Shown here one piece after another: positions 10,382-19,399 of a DNA stretch of 64,000 nt; position 1 is the stretch's first letter; every line of letters starts with the position of its first letter. The notes below the pieces were generated by a model. The model was not told where the DNA came from and ran no database searches. It saw only the letters and a list, made by a program, of their open reading frames with translations. The stretch comes from Patescibacteria group bacterium. Lineage in GTDB: Bacteria; Patescibacteriota; Microgenomatia; 0-14-0-10-38-17. The stretch is from contig JBMNNJ010000001.1 in assembly GCA_050953885.1 (NCBI GenBank), positions 143,437-207,436 on the forward strand. The letters are read 5' to 3'. Both the position numbers and the translations under genes were made by a program.

Positions 10382-11222
10382 TTTTCTTTTAAGTTCTTTA
10401 TACAATAAGTTAGATTTTCCTATTCGGTTTGTTTATTCTCATTCTCCTTTTTTAAACAAATTGTTGTTTTGGAAACTTTATTCATCAGATTTTGAGAAAT
10501 TAGATTCTCAATTCGAAAATATGAAGCTGATAGTTAAAGATAATGGTTTTGACTTTAATAATAAAATTTGCCTAGAACTTGGGCCCGGCAATTCTTATAT
10601 CAACGCATATAATCTTTTAATGAATGGAGCAAAAAAGGTCTTTTTAATTGATAAATTTTCTCGGAGAATAAAAACAAAAAAACAAAAAGATTTTTTTAAA
10701 AAAGAGGTAGAATTTATAAAAAAGAAATATAAAGAGGAAAAACTTTTTTTTATTAAAGAAAATTCCATTAATTCTCAGTATATAGAGTTTATTGAGGGAG
10801 ATATCAGAGACTTAAATTTAAATAGTAAGGTTGATTTTGTTTTGACTAAAAGCGTTTTAGAACACATCAAAAACATAAAGCAAACGATTACTAAATTATC
10901 CAAAATAACCAAAAATAACGGTTTTAATTATCACTATATAGATTTGAGAGATCATTATAATTTCAGCTCTCCCTTCCTGTTTTATAAATATTCTCCGGAA
11001 ACTTGGAATAAAGCCTTAACTAGAGAAGGAAGAACTTATACTAACAGACTAAGATATGATCAGTATTTAGATATTTTTAAAGAAAATAATTTTAACGTTG
11101 TTTACCAACAGTTAGAAAGGTTTACGGTTTTAAACAATCAAAAAATCTTTAAAGAATTTAACAAACATAAAGAATTCTTAGACATAGGTATTGCTAAGGT
11201 TTTACTTAAAAAAAATGATTAA
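10368..11222 (+). CDS. Class I SAM-dependent methyltransferase
   Basis: LELGPGNS glycine-rich motif I. Acidic motif II region (FLIDKF). Confidence 0.55.
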   Translation: MKVDNFLLSSLYNKLDFPIRFVYSHSPFLNKLLFWKLYSSDFEKLDSQFENMKLIVKDNGFDFNNKICLELGPGNSYINAYNLLMNGAKKVFLIDKFSRRIKTKKQKDFFKKEVEFIKKKYKEEKLFFIKENSINSQYIEFIEGDIRDLNLNSKVDFVLTKSVLEHIKNIKQTITKLSKITKNNGFNYHYIDLRDHYNFSSPFLFYKYSPETWNKALTREGRTYTNRLRYDQYLDIFKENNFNVVYQQLERFTVLNNQKIFKEFNKHKEFLDIGIAKVLLKKND

Positions 11223-12567
11223 TTATCGTAAACCTATTATTTATTCTGCTCTCTATTTATCTGGGAGTAAGATTCCTCAATATTTTAAAGAGATAAAAAG
11301 AATAGAGAGATTCTCCGATAAAGAAATTAAATTTTATCAGGAGGAAAAACTAAAGCTGGTCTTGCTTTATGCTTGGAAAAATGTGCCCTATTACCATAAT
11401 GTTTTGTCTAGTACAGAAGTGGTTAATAACGACAAGGTAAATTTAAGTAATTTTTCTAAAATTCCCGTTTTAACTAAAAAAATCATTAGAAAAGAGGGCA
11501 AGAATTTATATTCTGTCAAACGAAGAAATGGTTCATATGAAAACACTTCTGGAGGCTCGACTGGAGAGCCAGTCAGGTTTTTACAAGATAAAGAATATGA
11601 CGATTGGAATATTGCTACAAAAATTAGTTATAAGAAATATGGTGGCCAAGATATTGGCGAAAGAGAACTTCGTTTGTGGGGATCAGAAAGAGATCTTCTA
11701 GAGGGCAAAGAAAAACTATCAATTAGATTAAGAAATTGGTTATATAACCGGAAAGAACTCAATTCTTTTAAGATGTCGGAAAACAACATGAGAAATTTTG
11801 TTCAGGAATGGAACAAATTTAAACCGACTTGGGTAGAGGCCTATGTCCAATCTATTTACGAATTTGCCCGATTTATAAAAAAGAACAATCTTCCAATATA
11901 TTCACCCAAGGGAGTATTAACCTCAGCAGGAACCTTGTATCCGGAAATGAAGGATTTGATTGGTGATGTTTTTAATTGCTCAGTTTTTAATCGTTATGGC
12001 TCAAGAGAGGTTGGCGCAGTAGCTTGTTCTTGTACAGAAAATAAAGGGCTGCATTTAAGTGTTTTCAATAATTACTTAGAAATATTAGATAAGAAACATA
12101 AACCATGCTTGCCAGACGAAATAGGCAAGGTTTTTATAACTACATTGAATAATTTTTCTATGCCCCTTATTAGATATGACATTGGAGATATTGGTAGCTT
12201 TTCTAAAGAAAAATGCTCTTGTGGCGTAAATTTACCGCTATTAGAAAAAATTGAGGGTAGAGAGATAACTGTTTTTAAAACTAAAAATGGAAAGATAATC
12301 CCTGGAGAGTTTTTTATTCATTTTATTGGTGTAGTTTTTAATAAGGATGCAATTTCTAAGTTTCAGGTTATCCAAAAAGATTATGATTTAATTGAAATTA
12401 AAGTTGTTTTGGCAAATAGAAGTAAGTTTGAAAAAGATAAACCAGAAATAGAACAATCAATAAGAAAAACAATGGGCAGTGAATGTCGGATAAAATGGCT
12501 AGTGGTTAATAGTATACCGTCTCTTAAAAATGGAAAATATCTTTATACAATTAGCTTAGTTGAATAG
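11215..12567 (+). CDS. CapK-like / coenzyme F390 synthetase-family adenylate-forming enzyme (phenylacetate-CoA-ligase superfamily)
   Basis: TSGGSTGEP AMP-binding P-loop-like motif. The overall pattern matches capsule CapK proteins. ATG at 11215 overlaps the previous stop. Confidence 0.6.
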   Translation: MINYRKPIIYSALYLSGSKIPQYFKEIKRIERFSDKEIKFYQEEKLKLVLLYAWKNVPYYHNVLSSTEVVNNDKVNLSNFSKIPVLTKKIIRKEGKNLYSVKRRNGSYENTSGGSTGEPVRFLQDKEYDDWNIATKISYKKYGGQDIGERELRLWGSERDLLEGKEKLSIRLRNWLYNRKELNSFKMSENNMRNFVQEWNKFKPTWVEAYVQSIYEFARFIKKNNLPIYSPKGVLTSAGTLYPEMKDLIGDVFNCSVFNRYGSREVGAVACSCTENKGLHLSVFNNYLEILDKKHKPCLPDEIGKVFITTLNNFSMPLIRYDIGDIGSFSKEKCSCGVNLPLLEKIEGREITVFKTKNGKIIPGEFFIHFIGVVFNKDAISKFQVIQKDYDLIEIKVVLANRSKFEKDKPEIEQSIRKTMGSECRIKWLVVNSIPSLKNGKYLYTISLVE

Positions 12568-12572
12568 AGATT

Positions 12573-13595
12573 ATGAGAAATAAAGTGGTGATTAAAAAAT
12601 TTGACGAGAAGAATTATTTGAATCAGGTTAGTGAAGTTTTGGAAAAAGACTTTTCCTTTCAAAAGAAGCTGAAAAATGTAAAAACAGTTTTTATTAAACC
12701 GAATTTGGTTAGCGATGTAGATTCTTATATTAAAAACGGCTCTAATACTGACATAAGAATAATAGAATCCATTCTTTACTACTTGAATAAGTTTCCTAAT
12801 CTAAAAGTTTATCTTGGTGAAAGTGAAACGGGAACAAAAACAAAGGGAAGGAAATTAATCTATGCTCTTGAAAATATGGGAGTAATAGATTTACAAAAGA
12901 GGTATGATTTTGAGATAGTAAATCTCACCGAAGACATTCAGATAGAAACACCCATTCCTAACGGCAAATTTCTTAAAAAAATAAAGCTTGGCAAAACATT
13001 CTTAGAATCCGATTTAATAATTAATTTGCCTAAAATAAAGACCCATAAATATGCTACTATCACCTGTTCTCTTAAAAATATGTTTGGAGTTATCCCCGAT
13101 CCGCTTAGGATTGTTTATCATCAAAATATCCATCAGGTAGTAGCGGATTTAAATAAACCTTTTTATCAAAAGATTTTCACCATTACTGATGGCGTTGTTT
13201 GTATGGAAGGGCAAGGCCCTCTATACGGTGTTCCCAGAAAATTGGGGATTATTATGTTTTCTAGCAACCCTCTAGCCAATGACTATGTTGCCTGTAGGGT
13301 GATGAAGATAGACCCTAGTGAAGTCAAACATTTGCAACTAGCCAACGAATGGGCAAAACTAGATTTCTCTGAGACAGAAATATTGTCCTACAAACCGATA
13401 AATAAAATTTCAAATAAACCGTTTGCCATGGCCAATAAGAACGCATTCGTGAAGCTGGAAGGTTTTTTGATGCAGAACCCTTTTATTGTCAGATTATTAT
13501 TTAACGATTGGTTTAGGAAAAATATAACTAAAAAAATAAGCTTTATTACTGATAGAATGAGAGGCGGTAGCTACAAATGGTATGAACAAAAATAA
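12573..13595 (+). CDS. DUF362-like domain protein
   Basis: VFIKPNLV motif typical of DUF362. 340 aa. Confidence 0.45.
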   Translation: MRNKVVIKKFDEKNYLNQVSEVLEKDFSFQKKLKNVKTVFIKPNLVSDVDSYIKNGSNTDIRIIESILYYLNKFPNLKVYLGESETGTKTKGRKLIYALENMGVIDLQKRYDFEIVNLTEDIQIETPIPNGKFLKKIKLGKTFLESDLIINLPKIKTHKYATITCSLKNMFGVIPDPLRIVYHQNIHQVVADLNKPFYQKIFTITDGVVCMEGQGPLYGVPRKLGIIMFSSNPLANDYVACRVMKIDPSEVKHLQLANEWAKLDFSETEILSYKPINKISNKPFAMANKNAFVKLEGFLMQNPFIVRLLFNDWFRKNITKKISFITDRMRGGSYKWYEQK

Positions 13596-14568
13596 TAAAT
13601 CTGCAATAACAGTATTAAATTGGAACGGTAAAAAATTCCTTAAAGATTGTTTGTCTGCTGTTTACGAACAAACAGAAAAGAACTTTGAGGTTTATTTCGT
13701 TGATAATGGTTCAACTGATGGATCTATAGAATTTGTTAAAAATAACTTTCCTAAAACAAAAATCGTCAGCTTGGACAAAAATTATGGTTTTGCTAAAGGG
13801 ACTAACGAAGGGATAAAGGAAGCATTCAAAGATAAAAAAGTAAAATATATTATTTGTTTAAATAATGACACGATTGTTAGTAAAAATTGGCTAAAAGAAT
13901 TGGTAAATACAGCACAAAAAGACAATAAGATCGGCGCTGTTTGTAGTAAATCTTATTTTAAAGACGGCAAAACTATTCAAAACGCCGGGCTTATTTATAC
14001 CCCCGCAATCGGAATAAATAAGGTGGGTGGAATTTCTTTGGGATACGGTTTTGCTGATAAGGAAGCGCCAGAATTATCTAAAGAAATTGAAATTTTTGCT
14101 CCTGGAGGTATAGCTCCATTGTATAGGCGCGACGTTTTAGAAAAAATATACCAAAGAGACGGTGAAATTTTTGATGAGGACTTCTTTGCCTATGCCGAAG
14201 ATCTAGATCTTGGTTTTAGAATTAGAAAACTGGGATATAAAAGTGTTTTATCGCCCAAGGCAACCCTTATCCATTTACATTCACAAACTGGCGGTGTGGC
14301 CTCGCCCTTTAAGGCATTTTACTCGGAAAGGAACTCTATTTTGACAGCAATTAAGAATTTATCATTGAAAGATTTGCTGCTTTTCCCTTTACGAAACATT
14401 GCGTTAAAAATATCTTATTTTTTCAAAAAACATGAATCGGTGGAAAGTTTAAAAAAGGAGGTTGGTTTTATTAAAATGTTTTTGATTGTTATAAAAGCTC
14501 ATTTATCAGCAATCGTATTAACCCCTAAAATGTTTGTAAAAAGAGCAAAGATAAAATACAAAAAATGA
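13582..14568 (+). CDS. GT2 glycosyltransferase
   Basis: ITVLNWNGKKFL...VYFVDNGSTDGS and a DLDLGFR region. Confidence 0.8.
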   Translation: MNKNNKSAITVLNWNGKKFLKDCLSAVYEQTEKNFEVYFVDNGSTDGSIEFVKNNFPKTKIVSLDKNYGFAKGTNEGIKEAFKDKKVKYIICLNNDTIVSKNWLKELVNTAQKDNKIGAVCSKSYFKDGKTIQNAGLIYTPAIGINKVGGISLGYGFADKEAPELSKEIEIFAPGGIAPLYRRDVLEKIYQRDGEIFDEDFFAYAEDLDLGFRIRKLGYKSVLSPKATLIHLHSQTGGVASPFKAFYSERNSILTAIKNLSLKDLLLFPLRNIALKISYFFKKHESVESLKKEVGFIKMFLIVIKAHLSAIVLTPKMFVKRAKIKYKK

Positions 14569-15233
14569 AGCAAAAAATCCCTCTAATTAGTATTGTTGTT
14601 TTGAACTGGAACGGTTTGCTTTTTTTGAAGGAGACTATCCCACCACTTTTAGATATTGACTATCCCAATTATGAAGTTATTGTTGTGGATAATGGCTCAA
14701 CCGATAAAAGCGTAAAATTTTTAAAAAAATTCAAAAAAATAAAAATTATTAAAAATAAAGAAAATTTGGGTTATTCAAAGGGGAAAAATATTGGCATAGG
14801 TCTGGCGAAAGGAGAATATATTCTTTCTTTGGATAATGACATTTTAATAAAAGACAAATATCTTCTAGGAAAATTATTAAAAATGTATAAAAGCAGAAAG
14901 GGGGTGGGTTTCCTTCAAATTCCTCTATTAGATAAAAACAAAACAAAAACACACTACTATGGCGTCTATTACTCCGTATATGGATTAAACATGCACAGAA
15001 AAGAAGTCGATATTAAGAAAATTACAGAGAATAAAGATAGTTTAGTAAAAATTGTTGGGCCAACCGGTGGTTTTTTCTTTATTAAGAAAGACGCTTGGGA
15101 AGATATTGGTGGCTTTGATGAATCGCAAGGGTTTCATATAGATGATGTTGACATTGGTCCTAGATCGATGATTTTTGATTATGAAAACTTTCTATATACA
15201 AAAAGTTATGCCATTCATTTAGAGATAAATTAA
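14565..15233 (+). CDS. GT2 glycosyltransferase (short)
   Basis: ISIVVLNWNGLLFL...VIVVDNGSTDKS. 222 aa, so possibly C-terminally truncated. Confidence 0.7.
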   Translation: MKQKIPLISIVVLNWNGLLFLKETIPPLLDIDYPNYEVIVVDNGSTDKSVKFLKKFKKIKIIKNKENLGYSKGKNIGIGLAKGEYILSLDNDILIKDKYLLGKLLKMYKSRKGVGFLQIPLLDKNKTKTHYYGVYYSVYGLNMHRKEVDIKKITENKDSLVKIVGPTGGFFFIKKDAWEDIGGFDESQGFHIDDVDIGPRSMIFDYENFLYTKSYAIHLEIN

Positions 15234-15268
15234 ACCGCCAAAATTTGAATAGTTTAAGTTTTAGAAAG

Positions 15269-16555
15269 ATGATTAACAAAGTTAGGCTTGAAGCAAGAAA
15301 AATAATCCAAAAAAATAAAACCCTTTTTGAGAATTTTATTTCCTTATCGCTTTTACAGGGGTTGGATTATATTTTCCCCCTTATTACTCTTCCCTATTTA
15401 GTCCGGGTTTTGGGACCAGAAAAATATGGCCTAACTGCCTTTGCCGCCGCTTTAGTCGGCTATTTTATGATTATTACCAACTATGGTTTTAATTATTCAG
15501 CCGTAAGAGATATTGCCATCACCAGAGAAGACGAGAAAAAAACATCAACGGTTTTTATGTCGGTAATGATTATAAAGATTCTTTTGTTCTTGTTAAGCCT
15601 GATTATTTTTTTAGGAATAGTTCTTTCTTTCCAAAAGTTCAGGACAGAGCTTCCCCTTTTTTTATTTTCCTTTTTGGCGATTATTGGCAACATTGCTTTT
15701 CCGGTTTGGTTTTTCCAAGGAATGGAAAAAATGAAATACATTACCATCTTTAATATTGTCGCCAAAGCTTTTTTCACCCTTTTGGTTTTTTTGGTTATTA
15801 AATCGGCTAGTGATTATATTTATGTTCCCCTTTTAAACTCTTTGGGCATAATTGTTTCGGGTTTATGCTCTTTATTTTTTATTTTTAAAAATTTTAAGAT
15901 AAGGTTTTTGCTTCCCTCACGGGAGGAAATAAAAAAACAATTTTTAGGCGGCTGGCACTTTTTCGTTTCCAGCTTTTTTATTAATCTTTATACCAACAAT
16001 ACCAACACGTTTCTTTTAGGGCTTCTTACCAACAATGAAATGGTGGGTTATTTCTCCGGCGCGGAGAAAATTATTAGAGCCTTCACGGGCCTTATCGCTC
16101 CCGTTTCTCAAGCAGTTTATCCCCACCTTAGCAGGTTATTTATTCAAGCCAAAGAGGCAAGCTTAAAGTTTATTAGAAAATTAGAGTTTCTTTTGGGAGG
16201 GATTTTCCTTGCTGTTTCTTTATCTTTATTTCTTTTTGCTTCTCCAATTGTTAAAATTATTCTCGGAGAAGAGTATTTGCCCTCAATTTTAATAATAAGA
16301 ATTATGGCGATTTTACCGTTTTTAATTACCATGAGCAACGTTTTTGGAGTACAAGGTCTTTTTGCTTTTGGTATTTCCCAAAAAGCTTCTAAAATTTTTA
16401 TTACCGCTTCATTTCTTCACATTCCTATGTTCATATTATTAACAAAACTCTTTTCAATTAACGGTAGCGCTCTTGCGGTAGTTTTAACAGAAAGTTTAGT
16501 TACAATCCTTTGTTTTCTTTATTTTAAAAATTTTTTGAGAAAAGAGCAGACTTAG
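15269..16555 (+). CDS. Wzx-like oligosaccharide flippase (MOP family)
   Basis: More than 10 TM helices. LVRVLGPEKYGLTAF region typical of polysaccharide-biosynthesis (PST) proteins. Confidence 0.65.
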   Translation: MINKVRLEARKIIQKNKTLFENFISLSLLQGLDYIFPLITLPYLVRVLGPEKYGLTAFAAALVGYFMIITNYGFNYSAVRDIAITREDEKKTSTVFMSVMIIKILLFLLSLIIFLGIVLSFQKFRTELPLFLFSFLAIIGNIAFPVWFFQGMEKMKYITIFNIVAKAFFTLLVFLVIKSASDYIYVPLLNSLGIIVSGLCSLFFIFKNFKIRFLLPSREEIKKQFLGGWHFFVSSFFINLYTNNTNTFLLGLLTNNEMVGYFSGAEKIIRAFTGLIAPVSQAVYPHLSRLFIQAKEASLKFIRKLEFLLGGIFLAVSLSLFLFASPIVKIILGEEYLPSILIIRIMAILPFLITMSNVFGVQGLFAFGISQKASKIFITASFLHIPMFILLTKLFSINGSALAVVLTESLVTILCFLYFKNFLRKEQT

Positions 16556-16577
16556 GCAGTTTTTAAATAAAAAATTC

Positions 16578-17663
16578 ATGAAATACGATTATTTAATCGT
16601 TGGAGCCGGTTTTTCGGGGGCAGTTTTAGCCGAAAGATTGTCTAGTGTTGGTAAAAAAGTTTTGGTGGTTGAAAAAAGAAACCATATTGGTGGAAACTGT
16701 TATGATTTTTTTGATAAAAATGGCGTTTTGGTTCATAAATATGGGCCTCATTACTTTAGAACCAATTCTGACCAAGTGGTTGAATATCTTTCCCAATTTA
16801 CCGATTGGTTGCCTCAAGAATTTAAAGTAAGGGCTTTTGTTAAAAAAGAATTATACCCTTTGCCTATAAATAGAGACACTCTTAACGCTTTTTTTAGGGT
16901 TAATTTAAAAACAGAAGAAGAAGCAGAAAAGTTTTTGGAAGAAAAAAAAGAGAAAATTAAAAACCCCCAAAACGCCGAAGAGCAAGTTTTATCCTTAGCC
17001 GGAAGAGAAATTTATGAGGCTTTTTTTAAAAACTATACTATTAAGCAATGGGGTATCCACCCCAAAAATCTTGACGCTTCGGTTACCGCCAGAATTCCCA
17101 TTAGAACCAACGCCAACGATTGTTATTTTAACGATAAATTTCAGGCAATGCCAAAAGAAGGCTACACTAAGATTTTTGAAAAAATGTTCGAGAAGTGCAA
17201 GGTTCTTTTAGAAACCGACTATCGAGAAATAAAAAATAAAATTTCTTATCAAAACATTATTTACACGGGGCCAATAGACGCTTTTTTTAATTATAAATAT
17301 GGTAAATTACCTTATAGAAGTCTGAAAATTAAATTTGAAAACTATAAAAAAGAATTTTATCAAGATTGGGCGCAAATTAACTACCCCAACGATTATAAAT
17401 TTACGAGGATTGTCGAGATTAAGCATGTTACAAAACAAAAAATACCTTGTACAACCATAAGCAAAGAATACCCAACTTGGGAAGGCGAACCATATTATCC
17501 TGTTCCCAACCCAAATAATGAAAAAATATATCAAAAATACGAAAGGGAAGCCCAAAAAATAAGAAATGTTTATTTTATCGGAAGACTGGCTCAATATAGG
17601 TATTTGAATATGGATCAGGTGATAAAAAACGCTTTAGAATTTTTTGAAGAAATGAAAAAATAA
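16578..17663 (+). CDS. glf: UDP-galactopyranose mutase
   Basis: MKYDYLIVGAGFSGAVLAERL FAD-binding fold. HIGGNCYD and GPHYFRTN motifs. 361 aa. Confidence 0.9.
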   Translation: MKYDYLIVGAGFSGAVLAERLSSVGKKVLVVEKRNHIGGNCYDFFDKNGVLVHKYGPHYFRTNSDQVVEYLSQFTDWLPQEFKVRAFVKKELYPLPINRDTLNAFFRVNLKTEEEAEKFLEEKKEKIKNPQNAEEQVLSLAGREIYEAFFKNYTIKQWGIHPKNLDASVTARIPIRTNANDCYFNDKFQAMPKEGYTKIFEKMFEKCKVLLETDYREIKNKISYQNIIYTGPIDAFFNYKYGKLPYRSLKIKFENYKKEFYQDWAQINYPNDYKFTRIVEIKHVTKQKIPCTTISKEYPTWEGEPYYPVPNPNNEKIYQKYEREAQKIRNVYFIGRLAQYRYLNMDQVIKNALEFFEEMKK

Positions 17664-17667
17664 ACGA

Positions 17668-18498
17668 ATGAGCATAATAGAAAAATTTTTATCATTGCTT
17701 TTTACATTGTTGACCAACCCCAAGATCTTAGTAGTAAAAACAATGAGGCCTTTATTTTTTTTGCCCTTTACCCTAAGGCTTAAGTTTGATGCCGTTAGCC
17801 GCCCACACTACGCTTACTGTCTTTTTCAAGCAGCAAAAGAGGCAAAGGCCTTAGGAATAAATAGAATAAGTGCTATAGAATTTGGTGTGGCTGGTGGGCA
17901 GGGAATAATGGCGATGGAAAAATTATCCAGCGAAATAGAAAAAATTACGAAGGTAAAAATTGATATTTACGGTTTTGATCTAGAAAGAGGCTTACCTAAA
18001 CCTAAAGATTTTCGTGATTTACCCTATGTTTGGAAATCGGGATTTTATAAAATGAATTACAAAAAATTATCTGAATGTTTAACTAAGGCCAAGCTTATCT
18101 TAGGAGACGTGAAAGAAACGACTCCTAAGTTTATCAAAAAGAACATTGCCCCAATAGGATTTATTGCCTTTGATTTAGATTATTATTCTTCAACAAGAGA
18201 GGCTTTTAAGATTTTTGATGCGAACAGGGAGAAATTACTGCCAAGGGTTTTTTGCTATTTTGACGACACTATTGGCCCAGATGAAGAGCTTCATTCAAGT
18301 TATACAGGAGAGCTTCTGGCTATTAAAGAATTTAACAGAAAAAATAAGAGTAAAAAGATTTGTAAAATTAACGGGCTTATTTATAAAAGGAAAGTTCCAA
18401 AAGGGTGGAATGAACAGGTCTATATATTACACTTATTTAATCACCCTTTGTATACTGAATACATTTATCCAGGTAATGATAGGCAATTAATAATTTGA
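17668..18498 (+). CDS. Hypothetical protein, possible TylF/MycF-like class I SAM methyltransferase
   Basis: IEFGVAGGQGIMAME (G-rich motif). FDLDYYSST acidic motif. Weak. Confidence 0.35.
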   Translation: MSIIEKFLSLLFTLLTNPKILVVKTMRPLFFLPFTLRLKFDAVSRPHYAYCLFQAAKEAKALGINRISAIEFGVAGGQGIMAMEKLSSEIEKITKVKIDIYGFDLERGLPKPKDFRDLPYVWKSGFYKMNYKKLSECLTKAKLILGDVKETTPKFIKKNIAPIGFIAFDLDYYSSTREAFKIFDANREKLLPRVFCYFDDTIGPDEELHSSYTGELLAIKEFNRKNKSKKICKINGLIYKRKVPKGWNEQVYILHLFNHPLYTEYIYPGNDRQLII

Positions 18499-18508
18499 AA
18501 AAATAAAA

Positions 18509-19399
18509 ATGCCTAAAAAAGAAAAAATCGCCGCCAATGTGGTTACTTACAACAGAAAAGATCTTTTAAGAGAATGCCTTAATTCTCTTTTAGCGCAGAC
18601 AAGAAAACCGAATTCAATCATCATCGTTGATAATAATTCTACTGATGGAACAAAAGAAATGGTAGAAAAAGAGTTTTTAGATAATCCGATTTTTGATTAT
18701 GTGAGACTAAACGAGAACACCGGTAGCGCGGGAGGCCAATATACCGGCATCAAAAGAGCCTACGAAAAAGGTTTTGACTGGGTTTGGTGTATGGATGATG
18801 ATGCGACACCAAAAAAACAATGTTTAAAGAATTTGCTTGTTTCTAAAGAAAGCTGTAAAAAGGCAAAAGTATTAGTTCCAGTTAAGATTAGCATAAACGG
18901 TAATGAACAAGGGTCTCATGTGGGCGTTTTTTCTAGCCCCTTCTTGCGTATTAAGCCAGCAAATAGGTCTTCCAAATTAATTGAATTTAGTTCGTTTGTT
19001 GGTCCATTATTCAGTAAAGATGTTATACGAGAAATTGGTTTACCAAACAAAGACCTATTTATTTGGCATGATGATTATGAGTATTTTTTAAGAATAAAAA
19101 CAGCCGGATTTAAAACTTATCTTGTTGATAGTGCGGTTGTCATTCATAACGACGACTATGGGAGACAAAAGAAGAAGCAATTGGGTTGGAAGAATTATTA
19201 TGGTTGGAGAAATAAATTCTATATTAAAAAGAAATATTGTAAGCCTTTTTGGTTTTATTTGTATTTAGTGGTTTTTTTATTATGGCAAACTTCTGAAATA
19301 ATTTTTGTTTATCATCAACCAAAATATATAGAAACCTTGAGTAAAGCTCTTCTTAATGGCCTAAATGGTAAGCTGGGCTTTATTGGTTTTGATATTTAA
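18509..19399 (+). CDS. GT2 glycosyltransferase (candidate galactofuranosyltransferase, next to glf)
   Basis: ANVVTYNRKDLL...IIIVDNNSTDGT...WCMDDDA (DxD). Confidence 0.7.
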   Translation: MPKKEKIAANVVTYNRKDLLRECLNSLLAQTRKPNSIIIVDNNSTDGTKEMVEKEFLDNPIFDYVRLNENTGSAGGQYTGIKRAYEKGFDWVWCMDDDATPKKQCLKNLLVSKESCKKAKVLVPVKISINGNEQGSHVGVFSSPFLRIKPANRSSKLIEFSSFVGPLFSKDVIREIGLPNKDLFIWHDDYEYFLRIKTAGFKTYLVDSAVVIHNDDYGRQKKKQLGWKNYYGWRNKFYIKKKYCKPFWFYLYLVVFLLWQTSEIIFVYHQPKYIETLSKALLNGLNGKLGFIGFDI

